From Rivularia sp. (in: cyanobacteria) (GTDB lineage: Bacteria; Cyanobacteriota; Cyanobacteriia; Cyanobacteriales; Nostocaceae): DNA of 64,000 nt. The notes below the pieces were generated by a model. The model made no database searches. It had not been told where the DNA came from and saw nothing but the letters and a program-made list of their open reading frames with translations. Within the stretch, counting starts at the first letter, position 1. Each line of letters opens with the position of its first letter. Below are positions 47,565-58,286 of the stretch, one piece after another. The translations under genes and the position numbers were made by a program. Where the stretch lies: NCBI GenBank assembly GCA_965225665.1, contig OZ245322.1, positions 1,672,728-1,736,727 of the forward strand, written 5' to 3'.

Positions 47565-48992
47565 ATGACAGCAATTAAAAATAATTTAAAGCGAATCTGG
47601 GCTTGCATAGAAGAAAAAGCACCAGAAGTTAAAGATTTATTTCAACCGGGATTAAAATCTGAAGAGATTGATGAAATAACCAAAGATTTACCCTTTAAAT
47701 TACCTAAAGAAGTTTACGAGCTTTATCAATGGCGTAATGGTTTAGTAGATAATACTTATTTTGAATTTTCTGATTATGGTAGTATCACAGGTCATTTTGA
47801 TTCACTTGAAGAGACTATTCGTCATATAAAAAAAGTAAACGATGATAGCGAGGTTTTCTATTTTATAATAATCTTCTCGTTCTCAGGGGAATTTGGAGGA
47901 AATTTTTTTGCAGTTCCTCTTGGAATCAATGAATGTTCTGTAATCATGTTATACGATGATGACGGCTTTTATGAAGATTTTGATTTTAATCAAGAGTTTA
48001 AACACGAACGAGACAATTTTAAGAGCATAAAAAAGAAAACCTGGCTTTTTGATACCCGTCAAGAATTTAATAATATTGGAGATTTAATTGCAGAAGTTGC
48101 AGACTGTGCCGAACAAGCATTTGTTAGTTTGGAACGCGATCAAAATTTTGTTTCTATTAATTTAAATTGGCAGAAGTTTGAATTTATTCATTATAGATAT
48201 AGATTCGCAGATGAAAATAAAAATATATACTGTTTAACACCAGCCCAAGAAACAGAACTTTTTGAAACGAAACAACGCTGGTTAAATTTAAACGACACAC
48301 CTTTAAATAAGCAAGAAGCAACGAAAGTTATTCAAGAATTATATAGATACTCAGAAGAGGAAATACCGGAAATTATTTTTGTACCTAGTTTTTACACTGC
48401 ACATCTAGGATTTTTTGAGCAATCGGACTTTTTGAAACAAACCGAGAATAAATATCTGGCAGATAAATTAAAATCTCTGTATTGGGATTTTCTATTACTT
48501 CCTTTTGATTATGCTCTAACAAAACCAGTAATTACATCTGCTCTAAAATCATTGCAATCTGAGCTAAGTGACGTTTTAAATGATTTTATCGAATATGATT
48601 TGAAAAGTAGTATAGAAAAAATATTTAACAAAGATATAAATTCCAATTTAGAAAGTATAGCGAAGTTTTTATATACTGCGCTAAAGTACGATTTAAGAGA
48701 TGCTTTAGATAAAGATTCTATCTTACTATATTTCAATTACGAACATATTTTGAGCAACAATGAATTTGTCGCTTCAGCAGCACTGTTTGAATTTGCTCGT
48801 TTTATAGGAGTTAAATTCAACGAACAAAAGCTTAACTTATATATTTCATATTGCCGAGAAATTTGGTGCGTTATTGCTTTCGATAAAACCGTGATTGTTT
48901 GTGAAAAACCGCAAGTTTCATGGAATGATAATCCATTATCATATGCTAACGAGCAACCAAATCTGAGTTTTCCTGATGGTTATAGTATTTAG
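47565..48992 (+). CDS. SMI1/KNR4 immunity-type domain fused to a DUF6745-like domain
   Basis: N-terminal LQPGL..EEI....LPFKLP.EVYELYQWRNG is SMI1-like. LTPAQE...PEIIFV.S and C-terminal CEKP...P.LSFPDGYS resemble DUF6745. Both recognised by eye. Confidence 0.6.
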   Translation: MTAIKNNLKRIWACIEEKAPEVKDLFQPGLKSEEIDEITKDLPFKLPKEVYELYQWRNGLVDNTYFEFSDYGSITGHFDSLEETIRHIKKVNDDSEVFYFIIIFSFSGEFGGNFFAVPLGINECSVIMLYDDDGFYEDFDFNQEFKHERDNFKSIKKKTWLFDTRQEFNNIGDLIAEVADCAEQAFVSLERDQNFVSINLNWQKFEFIHYRYRFADENKNIYCLTPAQETELFETKQRWLNLNDTPLNKQEATKVIQELYRYSEEEIPEIIFVPSFYTAHLGFFEQSDFLKQTENKYLADKLKSLYWDFLLLPFDYALTKPVITSALKSLQSELSDVLNDFIEYDLKSSIEKIFNKDINSNLESIAKFLYTALKYDLRDALDKDSILLYFNYEHILSNNEFVASAALFEFARFIGVKFNEQKLNLYISYCREIWCVIAFDKTVIVCEKPQVSWNDNPLSYANEQPNLSFPDGYSI

Positions 48993-49040
48993 GTTTATCA
49001 AAAAAAATATTTTTTTACAATTGATTTACGTAGTGGGAGC

Positions 49041-49169
49041 ATCTTGCTCCCTAATTTCAATCTTGCTCCCTAATTTAAATCTTGTTCCCTAATTTGAATC
49101 TTGCTCCCTAATTTGAATCTTGCTCCGTAATTTGAATCTTGCTCCCTAATTTCAATCTTGCTCCCTAGC
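49041..49169. repeat. Tandem array of a 19-bp unit ATCTTGCTCCCTAATTT(C/G/A)A, 6 full copies plus 1 partial
   Basis: Units start at 49041, 49060, 49079, 49098, 49117, 49136 and 49155; no spacers. Confidence 0.9.
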
Positions 49170-49234
49170 TTTGCACAAAATTTTTAATCCAAAATCCAAA
49201 ATCTAAAATCTAAAATTCTATGCCCAATTCCCAA

Positions 49235-51715
49235 CTATTTACAAATACATTGTTTCAAGGGAATAGTAATTACAAACTCAGTTCCTTCTCCGGGTGCGGA
49301 AATACACTCCAAAGAACCAAAGTGTTTTTCTACAACAATTTGATAACTAATTGATAATCCCATTCCGGTACCTTTTCCTACTGGTTTAGTTGTAAAAAAT
49401 GGATCGAAAAGTCTTGTTTTAATTTTTTCGGGAATTCCCTTTCCGTTGTCGGATATAAAGATTTTTACTTGCTTGCATCCTTCTAATTCCGTTTTAATAC
49501 TAATAGTAGGAGAATTCTCATCTCCAATTTCTTCTTCTAATGCATCGAGTGCATTAGCTAAAATGTTCATAAACACCTGGTTTAATTGACCGGGATAACA
49601 TTCTATTTGTGGTAAATTACTATAATCTTTGATAATTTCAATTCTGGAACGGTCGTGTTTAGCTTTGATACGATGTTCTAAAATCATCAAAGTGCTGTCA
49701 ATGCCTTCATGGATATCAACTTCTTTCATTTGTGCTTCATCCATGCGGGAAAAGTTACGTAAGGAAGCCACTATTTCCCGAATGCGTTGCGCTCCTACTT
49801 TCATCGAACTTAAAAGCTTGGGTAAATCTTCTACTAAAAATTCTAAGTCTAATTCTTCTGTTAATTCCTGTATTTCTAATGCAGGCTGAGGATAATTTAT
49901 GCGGTAAGTTTCGATGATTTCTAATAAGTCTTGAATGTAGTTATTCGCATGGTTTAGATTTCCGTAAATAAAGTTGACAGGATTATTTATTTCATGAGCT
50001 ACACCTGCCACCAATTGACCTAAACCGGACATTTTTTCGCTTTGCACTAATTGTGTTTGGGCACGTTGCAGTTCGCTAAGTGTATTTTCTAAATCTTTAG
50101 CTTTTTGATTTACTTCTGTTTCGGCTTGTTTGCGAGCGGTAATATCGTTACGAATGGCAATGTAGTGTTGTGGTTTACCTTCTTCATTTAGCATTGGCAC
50201 AATGGTTGTGTCTACCCAGTAAAGACTTTTATCTTTGGCACAATTTTGTATTTCTCCTCGCCAAACTTTACCGTTAGTAATGGTTTCCCACATTTGGGTA
50301 AAGAGGGATTTAGGATGATTCCCAGAGTTAACAATCCGATGGTTTTTACCAATTAATTCTTCGCGGCTATATTGGGATATTTCGCAAAATTTATCGTTAA
50401 CGTATTCAATATTTCCACTTTCGTCAGTAATCGCTACAATTGCAGCTTGTTCTAAAGCAAACTTAATATCGGCGGATTCTTTTAAAGAGTTGAGTAATGC
50501 TGTTTCTGCTTGCCTGCGTTGGGTAATGTTTAAAGCTGTGGATACAAGTCTGTAGATTTTGCCAGAATTATCTTTTAAAGGATTAATAGTAATTAAATGC
50601 CAACTTGGCTGATTTTTAAAAGTGACACATTCTTCAAAGCAAAAAGATTGACCTGTTTCCAAGCATTTACGATAACTTTGGGATAATCTTGCACCTTCAA
50701 CCTCTCCGAATAATTCTTCTGGAGTCTTACCAATAACTTGTGTTTGAGTTAAACCACTATTTTTTTCTGCTGCTGAGTTAATTCCTGCATAGCGAAAGCC
50801 GTCTTCGCTAACATCAATAACAACTATAGAATTATCAGCACCATCGTAAACTGTGCGAAGAAATTGCTCTTGCTTTTGTAACAATTCCGACTCTCGTTTG
50901 CGTTCGGTAATATCAAATGCCATTGAAGCAATACCAACTACTTCACCATTAGCAGCCACCAAAGGATAGTTATACCATTCGCAAACAATTTTTCTACCAT
51001 CTTTAGTTACATTTTCATTGGTGCTGAACATCCTTTGTTTCTCAATAACAAAGTTTTGGAACATTTCTTCTAAACGAATTTTAAAATCATCTGTGGCTAA
51101 AAAGCTAAAATCACGACCTAAAACTTCGCTTTTGCTGTATCCGAAAATCCTTTCTGCGGCTTGATTCCACTCTTTAATTTCAAAATTACGATTCCATTCA
51201 ATCACCGCTAGCGGAGTTTGTTGCACCATTAATGCTAAACGGCGCTGTTGAGACTCTATCAGCAATTGTTCCTCTAACTTACGCTTAGTTATATCTTCAA
51301 TGCGGCAAAGCATACCAACAATTTCGCCAACAGAGTTAATTAAAGGATTTTTACGAATATCTAACCAGACTTGCTCGTTTGAAGCTAAACTATAAATGAT
51401 TGTTTTCTCAACAGTAATATTTTGTTCGATAACTTGGCGATCGCCCGCAAAGCTACCATTTTGAACCTGATTTCCCAAGAAACCGAACATTGGATTTTTT
51501 AAAGGTAATTCCGAGTCTGTTTTACCGACAATCTGTTGGGGGGAAGTTAACCCTACGGCTCTAGCAAAAGCTAAATTACAACCTTGAAAAACTAAATCAT
51601 TATTTTTCCAGTAAATCAATTCAGGTAAATTGTCAATGACTAATTGACACATAGGTAGCGAATTGACTGCATTTTCGTTAAGGGGTTGTAAAGACTTAAA
51701 TTCTGCCGGTAGCAT
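49235..51715 (-). CDS. Cytoplasmic multi-PAS histidine kinase (4 PAS/PAC)
   Basis: Repeated PAS/PAC (DIT.RK), AHEINNP, DPFFTTKPVGKGTGMGLS; no TM segment, no receiver. Confidence 0.9.
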   Translation of the reverse strand: MLPAEFKSLQPLNENAVNSLPMCQLVIDNLPELIYWKNNDLVFQGCNLAFARAVGLTSPQQIVGKTDSELPLKNPMFGFLGNQVQNGSFAGDRQVIEQNITVEKTIIYSLASNEQVWLDIRKNPLINSVGEIVGMLCRIEDITKRKLEEQLLIESQQRRLALMVQQTPLAVIEWNRNFEIKEWNQAAERIFGYSKSEVLGRDFSFLATDDFKIRLEEMFQNFVIEKQRMFSTNENVTKDGRKIVCEWYNYPLVAANGEVVGIASMAFDITERKRESELLQKQEQFLRTVYDGADNSIVVIDVSEDGFRYAGINSAAEKNSGLTQTQVIGKTPEELFGEVEGARLSQSYRKCLETGQSFCFEECVTFKNQPSWHLITINPLKDNSGKIYRLVSTALNITQRRQAETALLNSLKESADIKFALEQAAIVAITDESGNIEYVNDKFCEISQYSREELIGKNHRIVNSGNHPKSLFTQMWETITNGKVWRGEIQNCAKDKSLYWVDTTIVPMLNEEGKPQHYIAIRNDITARKQAETEVNQKAKDLENTLSELQRAQTQLVQSEKMSGLGQLVAGVAHEINNPVNFIYGNLNHANNYIQDLLEIIETYRINYPQPALEIQELTEELDLEFLVEDLPKLLSSMKVGAQRIREIVASLRNFSRMDEAQMKEVDIHEGIDSTLMILEHRIKAKHDRSRIEIIKDYSNLPQIECYPGQLNQVFMNILANALDALEEEIGDENSPTISIKTELEGCKQVKIFISDNGKGIPEKIKTRLFDPFFTTKPVGKGTGMGLSISYQIVVEKHFGSLECISAPGEGTEFVITIPLKQCICK

Positions 51716-51744
51716 AAGTTAATTTGAGGAAACACGTTATACTT

Positions 51745-51753
51745 AGTGTTCCC
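51745..51753 (-). promoter_or_regulatory. J-box variant GGGAACACT, 30 bp upstream of the 51715 start
   Basis: 8/9 match, same spacing as the box at 34937. Confidence 0.65.
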
Positions 51754-51881
51754 ACATTAGCTTTGTAAATAAACAATCTAATATAGGGAATGGGGAATAG
51801 GGAAAAAACAAAAAAGATAAATTTTCATTGCAAATTATTTTGAATTTTTAGCACTACTCGCTATTTACTACTCTCCACTCC

Positions 51882-54800
51882 CTACTCCCTTTTATAAACT
51901 GGTATTTGTATTTGAAATTCCGTACCTTCTCCCAAAGTAGAAATACAGTTTAATTGTCCCTCATGCTGCTCAACTATAATCTGGTAGCTCATAGATAATC
52001 CCAAACCAGTACCTTTACCTACAGGTTTGGTAGTAAAAAATGGGTCGAATAGCTTGTTGATATTGTCTTTGGGAATACCGGAGCCATTATCAATTATGCT
52101 AATTTGCACAATATCCTGCTGTATTAGTTTAGTTGAAATACGAATTTGGGGATATTCGTTTTCAGATATTTGTTGATTTTTGATTGCTTCTTCTAAAGCA
52201 TCAATTGCATTATTCAAGATATTTAGAAAAACTTGATTAAGTTTTCCTGCATAACATTCAACTAAGGGTAAATCTTCAAATTCTTTGGTAACTACAATTG
52301 CAACTCTTTCTGGTTTTGCTTCAAGATTATTCTGCAAAATCATTAAAGTGCTATCAATACTTTCATGAATATCAATCGTTTTAAACTCTGCTTCATCTAA
52401 GCGCGAAAAAGTTCTCAAAGAAAGTACAATTTTGCCAATTCTTTCGGCTCCTGTTTTCATAGATTTAATAATCGAATGCAAATCTTCTTGAAGATAATCA
52501 AATTCAATTTTTTGAATAAATTCTTCTGCTTCCGAATTATCGGGAGAATTGCTCTGATAAATTTTAATCAATTCTAATAAATCTTCAAAATATTCTTGAG
52601 TGTAGGTAAGATTAGCATCAATAAAGTTAACGGGATTATTAATCTCATGAGCAATTCCGGCTACTAATTGTCCCAAACTGGACATTTTTTCACTTTGAAT
52701 TAGCTGAACTTGAGTACGTTTTAATTGTAAAAGAGCTTTTTCTAATTCTTGTGTTTGCTGACGTAATTTTGCTTCAGCTTGCTTGCGTTCTGTTATATCT
52801 CTAAAATAGAATATCTTACCATAATTATCTCCAGCTAAAGAAAGTACTGAAGCAATATAGCGCTCCAAAGTTTTTCCATCTTTTAAATAAATCTCATTAC
52901 GGCAACTTTTATCTGGATGCTCAAATAGATATTCTAAAGTAGATACAAATTCTTCGGGATTTTCTTGTTTGTCTAACATCGAAGCAAAAATTGGTTCGTG
53001 CTTACCTGTTTCAATGGCATACTGGGGAATTTGCCATAAATCGATAAAACGCTGATTATATGATATCGATTCGCGATATTCATCAACAACTAAAATACCA
53101 TCAATAGAAGCTTCTTGTTGCGCTTGCAAAACTGAATTAGTCCTCTTCAAAGATTGTTCTGCTTGTTTGCGTTCGGTTATATCTCGGAAATACCAAACTC
53201 TACCAATATATTCCCCTCTCAAAGAATTTACAGGAGCACAATAGCGTTCAAAAGTTCGTCCATCTCCTAAATCAATCTCATCGCGAATAGATTTTTCTGC
53301 ATCATTATATAAATTTTCTACTTCATTAATAAATTCTCCTAAATTTGTAAATTTATCTACCATTGATGCTAAAAACTGTTGTTCATCTCCGCTTTCAATA
53401 ATCGACTGAGGAATTTGCCATAGCTCTACAAAACGCTGATTGCACGATAAAATATTTTGATTTTCATCAACAAATAAAATACCGTCAATTGCAGCTTCTT
53501 GTTGAGCTTGTAACATGGCGTTACTAAGCAATAGAGCTTTTTCTGCTTGCTTGCGTTCCGTTACATTTAAGATAAAACCATACCAAGCAATAGTGCCATT
53601 TTCTAATTTTTCGGGACGAGAATGACTTTTTATCCATTTAATTTCTCCAGAAGCAAGAACTATTCTTCCTTCATGTTCCCAAGGTTTGAGATTCTTCGCA
53701 GAAATAGTCCAAGAAGTTTCAAAACTTTTCAAATCATCTGGATGAGCCATTGAAAAAATGGAATCGGGATCTGCTTGAATTTGTTCTGGTTGTAAACTAT
53801 AAATTTCATAGCAACCAGGGGACTAACATAAGGAAAAGACATCGAACCATCGGGATTCAGTTCAAATTGATAAAGCATTCCCGGTACATTTGCTGCTAGT
53901 TTCTGCACTTTAGCTTCAGTTTCGCGCAGCGCCTCTTCGGTATTTTTACGTTCTTCAATTTCAGCTTTTAATACTTTATTTGTCCGGCTTAATTCTTTAG
54001 TTCGCTCTAAAACCAGCGATTCCATTTCTCCATAAGCTGCTTGCAAAGCTTTTTTTGTTTGCTTGAGGTGAGTAATATCGGAAAGAAAACCATCCCAAAT
54101 AATTGAACCATCAAGTTGTTTCTGAGGACGAGATTCAGTTTTTACCCATTGAATCTTTTCAGATGATTTAATTAAACGTCCTTCCCAATAAAATGGTTCA
54201 AAAGTTTCGACTGAATTATTAAGCGACTTCTCAAAAGTTTTATAGTCTTCCGGATGAATCATCGAAATAAACAAGTTCGATTCTGCTTGAATTGTTTCTG
54301 CTGCTATTCCTAATAGTTCATAACTACCAGGACTAACATAAGGAAAAGACATCGAACCGTCGGGATGCATTTTAAATTTGTAGAGCATTCCCGGTATATT
54401 CATTGATAACTGATGAAATTTCTCTTCGCTTTGTTTTAAAGCTTCTTCTACCTGCTGGCGTTCGGTAATATCTTCAATAGTCGCAAGCACTCCTACTACA
54501 TTCTCTTCTTCATCTTTTAATGGAATTTTGTTAGTATCTAACCAAATTTGTTTACCATCTGCTAGCTGTTTCTTCTCGATGATATGTAATTCTGGAACTC
54601 CAGACTCTATTACTCGCTTGTCCCCATTCCCGATACCAGTCAGATTGTTCTTTACTTATAGAAAAATCATCGTCAGTTTTTCCAAATATTTCCTCAGTAG
54701 AACTTAAACCCCATACATTCGCAAGTTTTTGGTTACAACCAAGAAAAGCACTATTGCAATCTTTCCAAAAAATACTTTGCGGTATATTATCGACTACTAA

Positions 54801-55742
54801 CTGTAAAAAATATTTTGATTCTGTCAGTTTTTCTTGCAATTTATGGCGATAAAAAGCTCCTGCAAAACATTCAGCAGCAGCTTGTAAAGCAGACTTTTCG
54901 CTATCTAACCATTGACGTTTTTCAGAACTATCAAAGCGGATATATCCCCAAAATTCTGCTACCTGAATTGGTATTACCAAAGTAGAATAAATATTGGCAG
55001 CTTCTAAAATTTCTCGCTCCGAATCGGGAAAATCATTTACCGAACCTGCAATAATATCACCTTGAGAAAGTATTTCATCCCATCGTGTAAAAATATCGAA
55101 TTGTTTTTCAACATCATTCTTTGACCATTTCCAATGCTGGTTGACTTGTTTATTTTCAGTATTACTTTTACTATTAAAACCTATTATAGATACTTGATCT
55201 ACATCCGTAGCACTTCCTAAAGCCGCCAAAGCAGCATTATATGATTCATCAAAATCGCTAATAGTTAAAAGATTACTTATTGCTTTAATTAAATCTAAAG
55301 TAAAATCGTTTAATTTCTCTTCTAGTAGTTGCTTATTCTCAGAAGCTTTAATTTCTTTAATCGTACCAATTAAAAATTGATTGCCAGACTCATCATTAAA
55401 TAAAGATTTTTTTGTCGAAACAATATAAACTTTACCTTCAGCGTCGGTAAAATATCCTTCCGAGTCATTACTGACACCCGAAGTGAATATTAATTCATCT
55501 TTTTCGCGAAAAATATCGGCTTCTTTGGTAGAAAAAAAATCGTAGTCCGATTTACCAATCAATTCCTCCTGGCCATAGCCCGTCAACTCGCAGAAAGCAT
55601 TATTAAGAAATATCCATTGATGTTGCCGGTTTTTAACAAAAATAGGATCGGATACATTATTAATTATTTCAAGCAGAAAACTTTGAGAAAGGAAATTCCT
55701 GGAGTTGTCTGTTGGTAGATAGGGATTCATTGGCGAAGTCAT
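51882..55742 (-). CDS. Large PAS-GAF-multi-PAS histidine kinase (~1285 aa after repair)
   Basis: Three ORFs join at CCCC 54622-54625 (-1) and GGGG 53818-53821 (-2, restoring YVSPG as in the preceding PAS copy). AHEINNP, GTGLGLS. Confidence 0.85.
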
Positions 55743-55790
55743 CTATTACGAATCAGCTTGATACTTGCTGCTTCTCTAGCCTTATCTTCT

Positions 55791-55799
55791 ATTATTCCC
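55791..55799 (-). promoter_or_regulatory. J-box variant GGGAATAAT, 49 bp upstream of the 55742 start
   Basis: 8/9 match on the coding strand, preceded by T. Confidence 0.55.
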
Positions 55800-55882
55800 A
55801 ATCTGGACAACATTTCAACAATTATTAGCGAACAGTTACCAGTTATCAGTTTTCGTAAATAACTATAACTATTCTCAATTCC

Positions 55883-56773
55883 TCAAACAGTTAGATGATT
55901 ACCTAACAACGCGATCGCAATTTCAGGTGTTTCTAGATGCGGTAAAACACCTGTATCGGGGATGATATGAAAATTACGAATTGCATTTTGATTCAAATCT
56001 GCCAAGCGTTTTCCTAATTTGACGTTGATGAATTGTGCTTTTTCACCCCACAGTATTGCTGTAGGTACTGTAAGTTGTTTAATATATAGACTAAGATCGA
56101 AATACAAATCGCCTCGTAAAAATGCCAAAGCTGCAAATATAGCGTTGGGTTGTTGAGCGGAAGCTAAATAAGCTTGTACAATTTCTTCCGATATTCGTGT
56201 AGGCTTTGCAAACAGAAAATTCTGTAAAAAATTTCTGACTGCAATTTCATTTTCCGCACCTAATTTATAAATTAAATTATCTAATAACGGTGTATTTATA
56301 ACTTCTAAAGGAAGTCTACGTCCGCTACCTTGTCCAAAATCATCAAATCCAGATGGACAAGAAAGAAATAATGATTTAAATAAGTGCGGTTGCTCAATAG
56401 CTAGACGAATAGTCAAAGCAGCAGTAAGAGAAGACGCTACAACTGTTACAGGTTCTCGACAAGTTTGTTTAATAAATTCTGCAATAGTGGTGATGTAATC
56501 ATTAACTTGATAATCCCGTACCGGATGAAAAGATTCACCCCAACCAATTAAATCTGGGGCAAAAATACAGTGAGTTGCAGCAAAAGCAGAATACACCTTC
56601 GAGAATTCATAAGCAGAAGCACCACCACCAAAGTTATGTAGAAAAACTAGTTGCGGTAAGTTTTTAGTTTCAGCAATATCCCAAGGTGCAGCAGTTTGGG
56701 TATAGTAAACCATTGCTCCAAGAGATGTTTGAATAATTTTATGCCCAAAGCCGGGAGGTTGAAATTGAAGCAT
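55883..56773 (-). CDS. Alpha/beta-fold hydrolase
   Basis: VFLHNFGGG, APDLIGWGES, VASSLTA, GVLPHLE. Start moved to MLQFQPPGF because the upstream Met lies in STRR DNA. Confidence 0.85.
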   Translation of the reverse strand: MLQFQPPGFGHKIIQTSLGAMVYYTQTAAPWDIAETKNLPQLVFLHNFGGGASAYEFSKVYSAFAATHCIFAPDLIGWGESFHPVRDYQVNDYITTIAEFIKQTCREPVTVVASSLTAALTIRLAIEQPHLFKSLFLSCPSGFDDFGQGSGRRLPLEVINTPLLDNLIYKLGAENEIAVRNFLQNFLFAKPTRISEEIVQAYLASAQQPNAIFAALAFLRGDLYFDLSLYIKQLTVPTAILWGEKAQFINVKLGKRLADLNQNAIRNFHIIPDTGVLPHLETPEIAIALLGNHLTV

Positions 56774-56935
56774 GAGGAGATGGAGAGATGGGGAGACAAG
56801 GGGATGGGGAGACAAGGGGACAAAGAGAAGTTAGGAGTTAGGAGTTAAGAGTTTTAAACCTTTGATAATTGATAATTGATAACTGTATGTCCCTTCGGGG
56901 GACACGCTTCGCTAACACTGTTCACTGTTTACTGC

Positions 56936-57427
56936 TCACTGTTTACCTATTTGCACGAGTTTGTCTAGATTGTCACCGCTAATATGATATGCTTGCCCGA
57001 ATCCAATTACAAAACGACCGCTGTAAGGAGTCAGTTTAAAAATACGAAAATCGGCTAAACCGCGCAACATTTCAATTATTTCACCGAAACGGACTGCAAA
57101 TTTATCTACAATATTTTTCCATAGTTCGGTTTCGCGCTCTATCAAAGTTGCCGTACAATCATAATTTAATCTACGACGGGCAAAGATTTGTGGGGTTTGA
57201 GCTTCATCTTCGATTAATAAAACACTTGCTCGGGGGTTGATGTTTAGATTTTGCGTGTGTGTTGAAAGCCCGCTGACATAGATATAAATATTTTTCGATT
57301 CGTCCATTATGAAGGGAGTGTAACTACCATTGGGCATTCCCTCTTCATTTACGGTGCTGATAATGATACTTTGGAATTCTTGGGTGAATTTCTGATATTC
57401 TACCGTAGCTTTTTCTAATTGATTCAT
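56936..57427 (-). CDS. HugZ/HutZ-like split-barrel (heme/FMN-binding) protein
   Basis: SYTPF, YIYVSGLS.HTQNL, FARRRL, GRFVIGFGQAY. Confidence 0.8.
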   Translation of the reverse strand: MNQLEKATVEYQKFTQEFQSIIISTVNEEGMPNGSYTPFIMDESKNIYIYVSGLSTHTQNLNINPRASVLLIEDEAQTPQIFARRRLNYDCTATLIERETELWKNIVDKFAVRFGEIIEMLRGLADFRIFKLTPYSGRFVIGFGQAYHISGDNLDKLVQIGKQ

Positions 57428-57620
57428 AATCCAAACTTGCTATGCTCTAAGAATAGTTTTGATCTGAGGTATCCAGGTAATGTCCGAGTTGCCTAAAAAT
57501 TAAGAATAACTTGGAAACTTTCTATGGTAAAAACTTGATTGTATACCTGTTTTATAAATCTATGTATAATTGTACTTTTGAATATATAGGTTCATTCTAT
57601 AACCAATACTCCCAATTATT

Positions 57621-58286
57621 ATGACTGAATTTCACGAAATGTTGAATTTGCTCGAAGCCGAAAGGGAACGCTATATATTAGAAGCAGCACGTTTGGAACG
57701 CCGTTTAGAATCTATTCGCACTCAAGTTACTGCTATAGATAACTTAATATCGGGTTACATTGAAGAAAAACAACATCATACTTTTTCTCAACAGTTTCCT
57801 CAATCTCAAACCCTAGCATATTTAGAAGAAGGTAGACGAGATATTAATATCTTATCTATCGATCAAAAGATTGAGGATAAACCTAATTTGGATGTTGATT
57901 TAGATCGAGAAAAGTTCGTTCCAGTCGATAATTACAACGATTCACAACCGCAGCAAGAAGAAATTGATATTTCCGATATCCCAAAAACAAAAGGAAGGCA
58001 ATCCAAACTCTTGCAAATGTCAGTTCAATTTCAAGGATATTCAATCAGAAACGCCATTCTGATCTTAATGCGTCGCCGACCCAATTTTCATTTTCATATT
58101 TATGATATTGTGAGCGATTTATATGCCGATTTGACAAAAAAGCAACGGGATACTGCTAGAGTAAGCGTTACCAAAGCTTTATCTCTAGGTTTTAAATCCG
58201 GTTTATGGTTTAAGGTGCTGCGTTCTCCTGGAGTATACACGTTCAAATATGAAAAAGGAATTACAGCTAAAACTCCGCCATGTTAA
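57621..58286 (+). CDS. Hypothetical protein: N-terminal coiled coil, acidic linker, basic C-terminal winged-helix-like domain
   Basis: Heptad pattern in residues 5-50. The C-terminus AILILMRRRP...IYDIVSDLY...SVTKALS.G...GLW.KV...PGVY resembles a wHTH (inference). Confidence 0.55.
   Translation: MTEFHEMLNLLEAERERYILEAARLERRLESIRTQVTAIDNLISGYIEEKQHHTFSQQFPQSQTLAYLEEGRRDINILSIDQKIEDKPNLDVDLDREKFVPVDNYNDSQPQQEEIDISDIPKTKGRQSKLLQMSVQFQGYSIRNAILILMRRRPNFHFHIYDIVSDLYADLTKKQRDTARVSVTKALSLGFKSGLWFKVLRSPGVYTFKYEKGITAKTPPC

Noticed and set aside
49041-49169. Possible CRISPR array
   Set aside because: Units are contiguous 19-mers with no spacers, and no cas genes are present.
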